32,000 bases of DNA. It comes from Pyrodictium abyssi. Lineage in GTDB: Archaea > Thermoproteota > Thermoprotei_A > Sulfolobales > Pyrodictiaceae. The notes under the pieces are model-generated. The model saw only the letters and a program-made list of their open reading frames with translations, did not search any database and was not told the origin of the DNA. The translations under genes and the position numbers were made by a program. Shown here piece after piece: positions 23,753 through 31,988 of the stretch (its first letter is position 1; the number at the start of each line of letters is the position of its first letter). The stretch lies in NCBI RefSeq assembly GCF_036323395.1, contig NZ_AP028907.1, positions 1,920,001 to 1,952,000 on the forward strand. Reading direction: 5' to 3'.

Positions 23753-24462
23753 ATCATGAGGCCTAGGGCGCGTAGTATTGCGAGGCCTATGAAGGCCCGC
23801 TGAGGTAGCTCGTCTAGCGCTTTTTTCGCCTCCTCCTTGCTTATCTCGCCCTTCTGCACAGCCTCAGCCAGGCCACGTCTCCATAGGTCGTCGGCGTAGC
23901 AGGCCGCGGCTGTTCTCGCTATGTCGTATGCTGTCCTGGTGCCATTGGCTAGCTCTAGGAGCATACATTCTAGGGCGCGAGCAAGGAAGCGGCGGCCATC
24001 GCGGGCCTCGATAAGGCAGCGGTATGGGGCAATGTTGTATTCATCGTAACCTGTCAGGGTAATGGGCTCGTCGAGCCAGCGAAAAGAGGCTAGGGGCCGC
24101 GGCTTCCATGTGTCAGCGTTAGTCTGTATCCAGTCAATGTCTAGTGGTGGGTGGCTGTGCATGTAGTCGTCGAGACCGCTGGGCAGTAACAGGTAGTCAT
24201 TGTGGCGCTTGAAGGGGAAGTTCTTCATTGTGTCGCGGGCCACAATGTAGAGGTCATCGCCTATCTTGCGCCAAAATAACTTGATTTCACCCTTGGCGAT
24301 ACGTTCCTCGGCGGCCCTCCATGCCGGGCTCTTCTGCATTAGCTTGAGGCGCTCTCTTGCTTCGGGTGTCAAGTTCTTCTCCATTTCCTTGGCTTGTCGT
24401 TCTAGCTCCTTTGCAAGCTCTTCAGCAAAGCGTTCCTCCTCACTTTTCTTCTTGAAGAGCAT
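23749..24462 (-). CDS. hypothetical protein (second gene of the RHH operon)
   Basis: ATG 24462 is preceded by GAGGTGA, which overlaps the upstream stop. N-terminal charged helix (EEERFAEELAKELERQAKEMEK). No family recognised. The track ORF extends to 24507. Confidence 0.55.
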   Translation of the reverse strand: MLFKKKSEEERFAEELAKELERQAKEMEKNLTPEARERLKLMQKSPAWRAAEERIAKGEIKLFWRKIGDDLYIVARDTMKNFPFKRHNDYLLLPSGLDDYMHSHPPLDIDWIQTNADTWKPRPLASFRWLDEPITLTGYDEYNIAPYRCLIEARDGRRFLARALECMLLELANGTRTAYDIARTAAACYADDLWRRGLAEAVQKGEISKEEAKKALDELPQRAFIGLAILRALGLMI

Positions 24463-24469
24463 GAGTGAC

Positions 24470-25090
24470 TCACCTCTTGAATAGTGATAGTTGTCTCGCC
24501 TCTTCAATTTTATCTAGTGGTACCAGTATCATGGTCTCTGCTTTGCTTCGGCATGAGTCTTTGTCCTTCATGCACGCTTTCAGGTCCGTTGTGTCTATGC
24601 CCATCTTGTCTAGTATCTCTACGGCTTCCTGCTTCTCCTTGAGTAGCTCGTGCATTTTTTGGGAGGCGTAGTCTATGCAATAGTCGAGGTCTTTGGCGAG
24701 GGTCTCGTACTCGCAGCGCCGTGGATCTAGGCAGTACGACTTATACACGGGTAGTGGGCTTACTGCAAGGATTAGTCTTACCTTGGGCCTCCCGCTGTTC
24801 ATGCCTACTCGGTAGGTGTAGAAGACCAGCGGGTCCGCTGCATGGCCCATGCAAGTGGTTTCGTACAGGTAGTAACCTGGTCTCCGATCTTTGAAGAGGA
24901 GCCTTGAGACCATAGCTTCAACACTTGCCGCCTCACCGAGCACATAGCCTTCCACATACTTGTTAACTAGGTGTTCTACGGCCTCGGCTGCCGAGTTGAG
25001 GCCTTCACGCTGGGCTATCTCTAGGAGCCTATCGAAGATCGGGGCCCTGACGCTCACGCTCCGATAACCACGCCTCTTGGTCTCGGACAC
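24470..25090 (-). CDS. ribbon-helix-helix (CopG-like) domain protein with Cys-rich C-terminal domain
   Basis: The N-terminus RRGYRSVSVRAPIFDRLLEIAQREGLNSAAEAVEHLVNKY follows the beta-alpha-alpha RHH pattern. The C-terminal part of about 150 aa is unassigned. Confidence 0.55.
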   Translation of the reverse strand: MSETKRRGYRSVSVRAPIFDRLLEIAQREGLNSAAEAVEHLVNKYVEGYVLGEAASVEAMVSRLLFKDRRPGYYLYETTCMGHAADPLVFYTYRVGMNSGRPKVRLILAVSPLPVYKSYCLDPRRCEYETLAKDLDYCIDYASQKMHELLKEKQEAVEILDKMGIDTTDLKACMKDKDSCRSKAETMILVPLDKIEEARQLSLFKR

Positions 25091-25363
25091 AGAGTCTCAC
25101 CCGTGTCGTCCTCTATACCTGCTTAGACCCGTATAAACTTACCTGCTAACACGTTAATGACGTAAAACCATAGCAAGATATATGTATAGTGATACCTAAT
25201 AGCTTATTTAAGTCTAGAGGGCTAGCCGAGGTCAGCAATAGCACCCTTGGCTTGTCAGGGGGTGGACAGAGGTAGACGGGGGTCGAGAGGGGTATAGTGG
25301 CTCCTAGACCCCAGAAGGGGTATATAGGGGTATTACTGCTCCTGGAGCCTCGGGTTAGTATAG

Positions 25364-26383
25364 ATGTGGCATAGTATAGGTGAGTTCGTCGAGCACGTCC
25401 TCGAAAGAGGTGCAAGGAAAGTCACTTGCTGGAAGAAGGGATCCGAGGGGTGCCGTGTCGCAAAGGTTAGCGTCGAGCCAAGTCTAGTAGGTGAACGGGT
25501 CTACGTATGGACTGAGAGCGAGGTAGAGGAGCTCCAGCGGAGGATTAAGAGCCTAGACTCTATGCGCCGGTTCTTCATATCGCTGATGAATACCGAGAAG
25601 GGGCGGAAAATGTTCACCATAGTCAGCGAGACGTGGAACCCCGTCACGGGGTGTGACCACAACTGTATCTACTGCTGGGCACGGCAGCTAGCGCTCACGA
25701 AGCTACGACGCGCCCCCCGCTACAGAGAGGGCTTCAGGCCCCGGCTCAACCCCGAGGAGTTCAGGAAGCGGTTCAAAGGCGGCGTAGTCTTCGTAAGCGA
25801 TATGGGCGATCTATGGGGCGAGTGGGTCCCTGATGACTGGATCCGTCGTGTACTAAACCATATAAAGAGATTCCCTAATACATGGTTCCTCTTCCTGACC
25901 AAGAACCCGCAGCGCTACCACGACTTCCTGGACGAGATCCCGCCTAACGCGATACTAGGCGCCACTATCGAGACTAACCGGGACAGCTACTTCCAGGAAG
26001 GCCACAAGCCAAGGATGTCCTCGGCTCCACTGCCTAGCCGCCGCTACAGGGCTATGAAAGAGCTAGACTGGCCTCTCAAGTTCATCTCTATAGAGCCGAT
26101 CCTAGACTTTGACCTGGACGTGTTCACCAGGTGGATCGAGGAGATAAACCCGTTCATGGTCTACATAGGCTACGACAACTACAGCCACAGGCTCCCAGAA
26201 CCCCCGCTAGCTAAGACACGAGAACTTATAAAGCGGCTAGAAGACTTCACACTCGTTATACGGAAAACGATTCGCCCAGCATGGAACGAGACACTCAACA
26301 AGTACACAAGCGGGGTGAAAGAAACTGGGCAAGCAAGGGAGTCAAAGAAAACAGCAGAGGCAGAACAAGCAGCAGCCGTATGA
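25364..26383 (+). CDS. DUF5131 / phage Gp37-Gp68 family protein (three-Cys, radical-SAM-like motif)
   Basis: ETWNPVTGCDHNCIYCWA (CxxxCxxC at 25652-25675), VFVSDMGDLWGEWVPDDWIRRVL and WFLFLTKNPQRY match the PF07505 consensus as I recall it. The conserved domain begins near ATG 25610, so the 82-codon N-terminal extension is uncertain. Confidence 0.7.
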   Translation: MWHSIGEFVEHVLERGARKVTCWKKGSEGCRVAKVSVEPSLVGERVYVWTESEVEELQRRIKSLDSMRRFFISLMNTEKGRKMFTIVSETWNPVTGCDHNCIYCWARQLALTKLRRAPRYREGFRPRLNPEEFRKRFKGGVVFVSDMGDLWGEWVPDDWIRRVLNHIKRFPNTWFLFLTKNPQRYHDFLDEIPPNAILGATIETNRDSYFQEGHKPRMSSAPLPSRRYRAMKELDWPLKFISIEPILDFDLDVFTRWIEEINPFMVYIGYDNYSHRLPEPPLAKTRELIKRLEDFTLVIRKTIRPAWNETLNKYTSGVKETGQARESKKTAEAEQAAAV

Positions 26384-26408
26384 GAGGTTTACACACTACC
26401 TAGGTGTA

Positions 26409-27398
26409 ATGCACAAAAAGGCGCTAGAACTTATGGACAGCCTTCCTGAGAACCAGAAGAACCAGGTCCAAGTCTTCTTTGACAAATACTATCCTACAAA
26501 GGAGCAACACTATTGGAGCGTCACAAAGCTCTTTGCTCACGCCATGTATATACCTATGTTTCTGCAAATAGGGCTCCATAATGTTGCTAAGGGCAAGTTC
26601 TCAAAGCTAGTATACATAGATACGCATTCCGGTCCAGGGCTAGCTAAGATAGGGGGCGATGAACGAGACATAGTCCTAGGGTCAGCTCTCCTAGCTCTAC
26701 ACTGGCCCCGTGTAGTCGCGAGCCAGGTGCCTCAGTTCAAGAACATAGCTAGGGGATTTGACGAACTCCACTTTATTGAGCTAAGCTGGCGCAATACGAA
26801 CATACTGCGTAAGTTCGTTAACAGCTTTACACATGTAAAGGTATATACTGACGACGCTAATCGGAGTCTACCTCGCATACCCGTGGATGAAAGAGCATTG
26901 GTGTATCTCTTTGTCGACCCGTATGGCGAGCTTGATTCGCAACTTAGTTACGACGCGCTAAGCAGCTTCGTTGCCCGCCATAGGGCCGACATAATGATGA
27001 GCGTGTTTGCCTCTCATCTTGCCCGCGGATTCTCCAGCATATCAAGGATAGACCTGCTAAAGGAAAGAGTTGAGCGTATCTTTGGGCCAGGGTTCTGTAC
27101 AAGTACGTGCCCTGGGGCACAGCTTCTTTGCAGTATTGGCGCAGCTACACGCGATGCCGTGCTTGAAGCCTTCAAATGCTTGCTAAGGAAGCTGGGTTAT
27201 CAGAAGGTAGTTGACATTCCGGTCCGCTTTGAGAAGGGCATTCTCTACTACATGGTATTAGCTACAAAAGGGTCTGGAGGCTGGATAGACGGCTACATAG
27301 ATTACATTAGTAACAAAGCGCCAAAAGACTATGAGACGCTGAAAAAGCTCTGGCTACGTGCAACCGGTAGACTTGTTGGCCTCGATAACTTCTTCTAG
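26409..27398 (+). CDS. TcmP-like (three-Cys-motif partner) protein, methyltransferase-like fold candidate
   Basis: 329 aa, immediately downstream of DUF5131, which is the arrangement that defines TcmP. YIDTHSGPG and FVDPYGE resemble the RlmJ-type ETHAGAG / DPPY motifs, from memory. Confidence 0.5.
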   Translation: MHKKALELMDSLPENQKNQVQVFFDKYYPTKEQHYWSVTKLFAHAMYIPMFLQIGLHNVAKGKFSKLVYIDTHSGPGLAKIGGDERDIVLGSALLALHWPRVVASQVPQFKNIARGFDELHFIELSWRNTNILRKFVNSFTHVKVYTDDANRSLPRIPVDERALVYLFVDPYGELDSQLSYDALSSFVARHRADIMMSVFASHLARGFSSISRIDLLKERVERIFGPGFCTSTCPGAQLLCSIGAATRDAVLEAFKCLLRKLGYQKVVDIPVRFEKGILYYMVLATKGSGGWIDGYIDYISNKAPKDYETLKKLWLRATGRLVGLDNFF

Positions 27399-27743
27399 CC
27401 TATACTGAGCCTTGCTACGAGTCTCTCAATCTCCTAGCGCTATTTCGTTGATTTAATCTTCTGCCTTACTTTACTCCCGTTTCCATATTCCCTCCATTAG
27501 GGCATGAGCTTTCCTTCCACTCCCCTTTGCGGAACCGTTATGACAACACGTCAAGCAGCTCGGTGTTAGCGTGGAAGACTTGGGCTCATCGGCGGCGTTG
27601 TGGAACAAGTATAACCGGCCCTCGCGGAGCCGCTCCGTGGTTTCTGTCCCGGTAATTACTCCTCTCCTCTTCGTACAACTCCTCTGGCTCTATCCGTCTA
27701 TGCTGGGATCCAGCAGTATGAGAAGCCTCGTGGCTGTGGCTTG

Positions 27744-28136
27744 TCACTGCTCCCGGGCCTCCTTTCTCTCCTCGACCTTGTTGAGCATCTCCAGTATTGG
27801 CTCGCGTAGCCTCTTGTTCATCACCCATACCCGTTTCCGTGTCCATCCGTAGTAGTGTTGCTCGACGAGGGGCGGGAGGTCTCCCCGCTGCTTGGAGAGC
27901 CTCCGAAGCCAGCTCACGGCCGCCACGTAGTTGTCGTCGCCGACTATCTCCGCGACGCGGCGTGTAGAGACCTTGTTGCCCTCGGCTAGGTAGCGTAGGA
28001 GTCTCCTCTTCCACTCGGGTAGCTCCCGGAGCCACTCCTCCACCTCGACTCGGTCTAGGATGGATTCTCTCCGCCTGGGCACGGCCCAGCCGCCTCCAGG
28101 ACTAGTAGCCGGGCCGGGAGAAGGCCGGAAACGCAT
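27744..28136 (-). CDS. putative HTH/winged-helix DNA-binding protein
   Basis: 130 aa. KRRLLRYLAEGNKVSTRRVAEIVGDDNYVAAVSWLRRL is HTH-like. It lies directly downstream of the iteron-like array. Confidence 0.45.
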   Translation of the reverse strand: MRFRPSPGPATSPGGGWAVPRRRESILDRVEVEEWLRELPEWKRRLLRYLAEGNKVSTRRVAEIVGDDNYVAAVSWLRRLSKQRGDLPPLVEQHYYGWTRKRVWVMNKRLREPILEMLNKVEERKEAREQ

Positions 28137-28282
28137 GGAGACGCGGCAGAGCGCCCCATGCGTGTCAGGTCGCTTCTATGCGCAGTAGAGCGGCCTAGCG
28201 AACTCCTGGGGGCTGCAGGGCTGCTCCAGGAGGCCTCCGGGGGCCCCTCGGGCCAGAAGCGGCCCCTAGGGACCTAGGCAGG

Positions 28283-28434
28283 TGCTAGGGAGTGCTAGGC
28301 GGCGCCTGGAGACCTGAGAGAGCCTGGAGGAGCCTCGGGAGGCCTCGAGAGCTGCTAAGAGCTGCTAGGAGAAACACGGGGCCCGGGAAGCTGCTAGGCG
28401 GCCACAAGGGCTGCTAGCCGGTGCTAGGCGGCGC
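28283..28434. repeat. iteron-like array of TGCTAGG motifs
   Basis: TGCTAGG occurs at 28283, 28293, 28363, 28392 and 28422, with variants TGCTAAG at 28353 and TGCTAGC at 28412. The exact 14-mer GTGCTAGGCGGCGC occurs at 28292-28305 and 28421-28434. GCCT(G/C)GAG repeats lie at 28303-28350. Confidence 0.7.
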
Positions 28435-28452
28435 GGCGCGACCCTTCATTCT

Positions 28453-31400
28453 CTATACCCAGATTCGGCTTGCTCCGCGGGTTGCGTAGACGCGTCCGGT
28501 GCGGGTTTTCTTTAGCCTGTAGCCGCGGGCTCGTAGCTCGAGTGCTTTCCTGGCTTTGGGTTCTGGGAGGCATACTTCCTCGTGTTCTGGGGTGTCTAGT
28601 TTGACCCAGTAGCAGTTCTGGTCTGGGTCGTATTCGGGTTGCTGTGGGGTTTGCTGGGTCTGGGTGTCTGGTGTCTCGGGTTTCTCTCCCCGTGTCTCTG
28701 CTGGCGCCTCCTCCCGGAGTTCCGGTGCCTCCCCGTGCTCGTGTGCCTGCTCGGTCTCTGGCTCGGGCTCTGTGATCTCTCCGTGCTGCTGGTTGGCCTG
28801 GGCTAGTTGTTCTAGGAGCGTTATCATCTTCTCTAGGAGCTTTGTCTGGTGCTCTTGGAGCTCTAGTAGCCTGTCGAGCTTCTCTTGCTGGGTCTTCTGG
28901 GCTTGTAGGAGGCTCGCTGTGGCCTGGCCCAGGGCTAGTAGGTGCTTGGCCTGGGCCTCTAGGATCTGGTAGAGGTCTCCACCGGGGGCCCCTCGGGGCT
29001 CCCTGGACCCGGGCCGCTGCCCCACGCCCTCGACGCCGGCACCGGCCTCCTCGACGGCCTCCACGCCATCGCCGGTCTCCTCCCCAGCCTCCCCGGACGC
29101 CTCCACCTCAACACCGGCCTCAACGCTGGCATCCGGCTCCTCGACGCCAGCCTCTTCGGTGCCCGGCACCTCTCTGTCGGCCTCGACTGCCTCCTCTACC
29201 TCAGCACCAGCCTCCTCGACGGCCTCCTCCGGCGGCATCACCCTGACCGGCAGCGGCAGCCTACCCTCCACCTTCCCGAGGACCTCGAGCAGCCTAGCCC
29301 GGCACCCCGCCGGCGCCCAGACGTGGACCTCCGCGAAGACGCCCCGCCGGTGCTTCAACAGGTTCCGGGCAGCCTGCTCCGGGTGCGTAGCGAGCTCGTT
29401 GCAGCTCTCAATCTCGACCGCGACACTCTTGTCATAGCGTAGACTCATCGAGGCAGGATCAAACGGGATCGCCACCATGTCTGGCCTGGCGCTGAGGCCC
29501 GGGTCCTGCCTGGCGGGGTAGACAACATAGCCCCTCGAGAAGTAGTGGAGCACCGCCTCCCGGGCCAGCCTGTAGCCCTCCTCGCCCGGCGCAACCTGGT
29601 GGAGTCCCTCGAAGAGCCCCTTGACGTAGCGCACGAGCCACCGGTTGCCCTCCCTACGGGCCTCGATCAGCCCCCGGGCAGCCAAGGCATTACGGGCCTC
29701 ATCCGCCCTATTGCGCGGCAGCCCGAGCCTCACCAAGACGTTGCTCCACAGCTCCTCCCCCGCGCCGCCCCCAGTCGCCTCGTAGACGTGGTAGAGAGTC
29801 CACAGCTCAACACCACTCGGCCGATCCCTAGGGAGATACCTCAGCACAGGGTTAAGCTTCGAGACGATATCCCCCGCCCCGGGCTCCGGGGGCGGCGCGA
29901 AGCGCGGCAGCAGCTCCACCAGCGGCCGGATGTTCCCGAGGCGGCGCCTAGGCGGCGGGTCCATCTTCACAACCGTGGGCGGCGCCGGCGGCTCCCCGAA
30001 GTCCGGCGCAACCGAGACCACCGCCGAGCCGCCCGGAAGCCCGCTGAGAGCCCGCTTGACCTCCTCCGCGAACTCCTTGTCCACGGCAGCGAGCACGTCC
30101 ACGTCGCGGGCGTCGGCTACGGGGAAGAACACCTTCACCAAGGTGTTCGTGAACATGCTCCGCAGAAGCACATCCGGGACCTGCCGCGGGTGCTGGTGAG
30201 CCATCACGAGGACCACGCCATACTTCCTGGCCTCGCTGAGAACCGTGTCCACCACCTCGGGGATAGCCTGCGCCACGTTCTGGAACTCGTCCATAATGAT
30301 GTACACCGGGGTCCGCTTCTTGCCGAGGAGAGCCCGCTCCAGCGCCCAGAACCAGATGCGGAGCACCACCATGGGTATGAGCAGCCTGAGAAACTGCTCC
30401 CCCAGCACCTTCGGCAGCCTCAGTATCAGCAACCCGCCGGGCTGCAGCACGGTGTCGAGGTCCAGAGTTGACTCGGAGGTCATCGCACGGAGCAGCTTAT
30501 TGTTACGGAAAGGCTCCAGCCTCGAGAAGACACCGAAGAAGCTGTCCTCGCTCATGTCCCTTAGGAGTTCGAGCTGGTGGCGCCACTCCGGGTCGTCGAT
30601 CGGCAGGTCTAGCTCCTCGCGGTACAGCGCCACAAAGGTGTCGTAGAGGTCGGCGAGCGTCACCCTGCCGCCGAGCCGGTGGTACATGTAGCGGAGCACG
30701 ACCTGGAGAAGGTACTTGATGCGGACACTCGTCCCGCTTAGCTCCAGCACCTTCTCGAACAGGTCCACCAGGTGGTCCGTGGCTATGTCATAGGCTTGCT
30801 CCCTGTCGCGGAGGCGAGGCGGCTCCAGAGGGTTGAGGCTGGCGAGGAAGGGCCTCTCCCCGTCGTCGGTCTCGTAAACGGGGTCCACTAGCCAGACGCG
30901 CTCGAGGCTAGGCAGCGACTCCAGGATGTCGTAGGAGACGTCGCCGTGGGGGTCGATGAAGACTATAGCAGCGTCGCTCTCCTCCCGGAGCCTCAGAACG
31001 AGGTTCCAGAGGAACGTCGACTTCCCGCTCCGGGTGCGGCCCACCACCCAGGTATGGAGCATCTGGCGCAGGGGAACGCAGTACTCCTTCCCGTCCAGGG
31101 TCTCCCCGAACCGGATACACTTCTCCCGCGGCTTCACCCGCGGCGTTATGCTCGGCAGCTCCCCGCCCCGGGCAAACTCCACGAAAGCTGAGACCTCGTC
31201 CGGTCTCGGCAACCTCACAAGATGCATGAAGCTCTCCTGTGGTATCCACGGGTACTCCTTCTTCGGGGAGAACCGGCCCATGAGGCTCATGGGGTCCCTT
31301 AGCTTGGAGGGGCTCCCCCTCCGGGAGACCTTCACCTTGAGTGCGGGGGTGAAGAGGCCCGCAGCCCTCTCCCCCAGCTCCCTAGCACGCTCCTTATCAT

Positions 31401-31959
31401 TGGTGTAGAACCTGACTGCTGTTATGTAGATGCGCTTGGTGCTCAGCTGGGAGAGGTGCCGGGCCATGTCGGGGTCCTTCTTATGGTACTCCAGGGGGCC
31501 TAGCCCCTTGAGCTCGGGGCGCTCGCCTAGACGGTAGTGCCTGGCCTTCTTGGCCAGCTCCCGGTGGGTCCTCGCATCGTAGAAGCCGACTATCTGCACC
31601 GCCTCGCCGGGCTCCAGCCAGTCGTAGACCGAGAGCCAGGCCTCGCTAGCCTCGACCCCCGTCTCCCAGGCGCCGCTCGGCGCCCTTAGCTCGGCCACCC
31701 ACTTCTGGGGGAGCTCCGGGGGCTCCTCGAGCAGCTCCACGCTCGCCCGGCGCCGCAGCAGCGGCAGCGCAATGTCGCGTATCCACGCGTAGAACTCGAT
31801 GCGGTCCTCGAGCCGGTGAGCCTCCAGCACCACGTGCGGGCTCAGGGAGACCAGCTGGGCGAACTCCCTCTCGTAGCCGAGACGCGGCTTCAGACGAACC
31901 CAGCCCACGTAATGGGTGCCCCCGAGAACCCGGCTCCTCTCAACATCCCTCCTGCCCAA
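28453..31959 (-). CDS. TraG/VirD4-like (HerA-FtsK superfamily) ATPase, putative coupling protein/DNA translocase with multidomain C-terminus
   Basis: 1168 aa. Walker A VVGRTRSGKST (31015-31041), FIDPHGD, Walker B YIIMDEFQNV and VLVMAHQHPRQ. C-terminal parts: wHTH (ALAARGLIEARREGNRWLVRYV), a PD...E-x-E nuclease-like segment, acidic E/A/G/V repeats and a Gln/Leu-rich coiled coil. I see no N-terminal TM helices. Confidence 0.8.
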   Translation of the reverse strand: MGRRDVERSRVLGGTHYVGWVRLKPRLGYEREFAQLVSLSPHVVLEAHRLEDRIEFYAWIRDIALPLLRRRASVELLEEPPELPQKWVAELRAPSGAWETGVEASEAWLSVYDWLEPGEAVQIVGFYDARTHRELAKKARHYRLGERPELKGLGPLEYHKKDPDMARHLSQLSTKRIYITAVRFYTNDKERARELGERAAGLFTPALKVKVSRRGSPSKLRDPMSLMGRFSPKKEYPWIPQESFMHLVRLPRPDEVSAFVEFARGGELPSITPRVKPREKCIRFGETLDGKEYCVPLRQMLHTWVVGRTRSGKSTFLWNLVLRLREESDAAIVFIDPHGDVSYDILESLPSLERVWLVDPVYETDDGERPFLASLNPLEPPRLRDREQAYDIATDHLVDLFEKVLELSGTSVRIKYLLQVVLRYMYHRLGGRVTLADLYDTFVALYREELDLPIDDPEWRHQLELLRDMSEDSFFGVFSRLEPFRNNKLLRAMTSESTLDLDTVLQPGGLLILRLPKVLGEQFLRLLIPMVVLRIWFWALERALLGKKRTPVYIIMDEFQNVAQAIPEVVDTVLSEARKYGVVLVMAHQHPRQVPDVLLRSMFTNTLVKVFFPVADARDVDVLAAVDKEFAEEVKRALSGLPGGSAVVSVAPDFGEPPAPPTVVKMDPPPRRRLGNIRPLVELLPRFAPPPEPGAGDIVSKLNPVLRYLPRDRPSGVELWTLYHVYEATGGGAGEELWSNVLVRLGLPRNRADEARNALAARGLIEARREGNRWLVRYVKGLFEGLHQVAPGEEGYRLAREAVLHYFSRGYVVYPARQDPGLSARPDMVAIPFDPASMSLRYDKSVAVEIESCNELATHPEQAARNLLKHRRGVFAEVHVWAPAGCRARLLEVLGKVEGRLPLPVRVMPPEEAVEEAGAEVEEAVEADREVPGTEEAGVEEPDASVEAGVEVEASGEAGEETGDGVEAVEEAGAGVEGVGQRPGSREPRGAPGGDLYQILEAQAKHLLALGQATASLLQAQKTQQEKLDRLLELQEHQTKLLEKMITLLEQLAQANQQHGEITEPEPETEQAHEHGEAPELREEAPAETRGEKPETPDTQTQQTPQQPEYDPDQNCYWVKLDTPEHEEVCLPEPKARKALELRARGYRLKKTRTGRVYATRGASRIWV

Positions 31960-31969
31960 GCCCGGTTCC

Positions 31970-31988
31970 CCCGCCCTAGTAGGGCGGG
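31970..31988. promoter_or_regulatory. 19-bp perfect palindrome upstream of the TraG-like gene
   Basis: CCCGCCCTA-G-TAGGGCGGG lies 11 nt upstream of the TTG start at 31959. It is immediately followed by CCGGGAGAAG (31989-31998). Confidence 0.5.

Noticed and set aside
25146-25415. Track ORF 25146..25415 (-, 89 aa)
   Set aside because: It lies in the AT-rich divergent promoter region between the RHH gene and the DUF5131 gene. It has no Shine-Dalgarno sequence and an odd composition.
27571-28035. Track ORFs 27571..27852 (+) and 27586..28035 (-)
   Set aside because: They overlap the better-supported HTH ORF 27744..28136 in other frames. They are Arg/Gly/Glu or Ser-rich and low-complexity.
28201-28440. 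CRISPR array
   Set aside because: The repeats are only 7-14 bp, irregularly spaced and partly overlapping. There is no repeat/spacer periodicity of about 30 plus 35 bp, and no cas genes are present.
28664-31408. Antisense and alternative-frame ORFs within the TraG-like gene (e.g. 29545..30471, 308 aa)
   Set aside because: They are Pro/Arg/His-rich shadow frames opposite a 1168-aa ORF with clear P-loop motifs.
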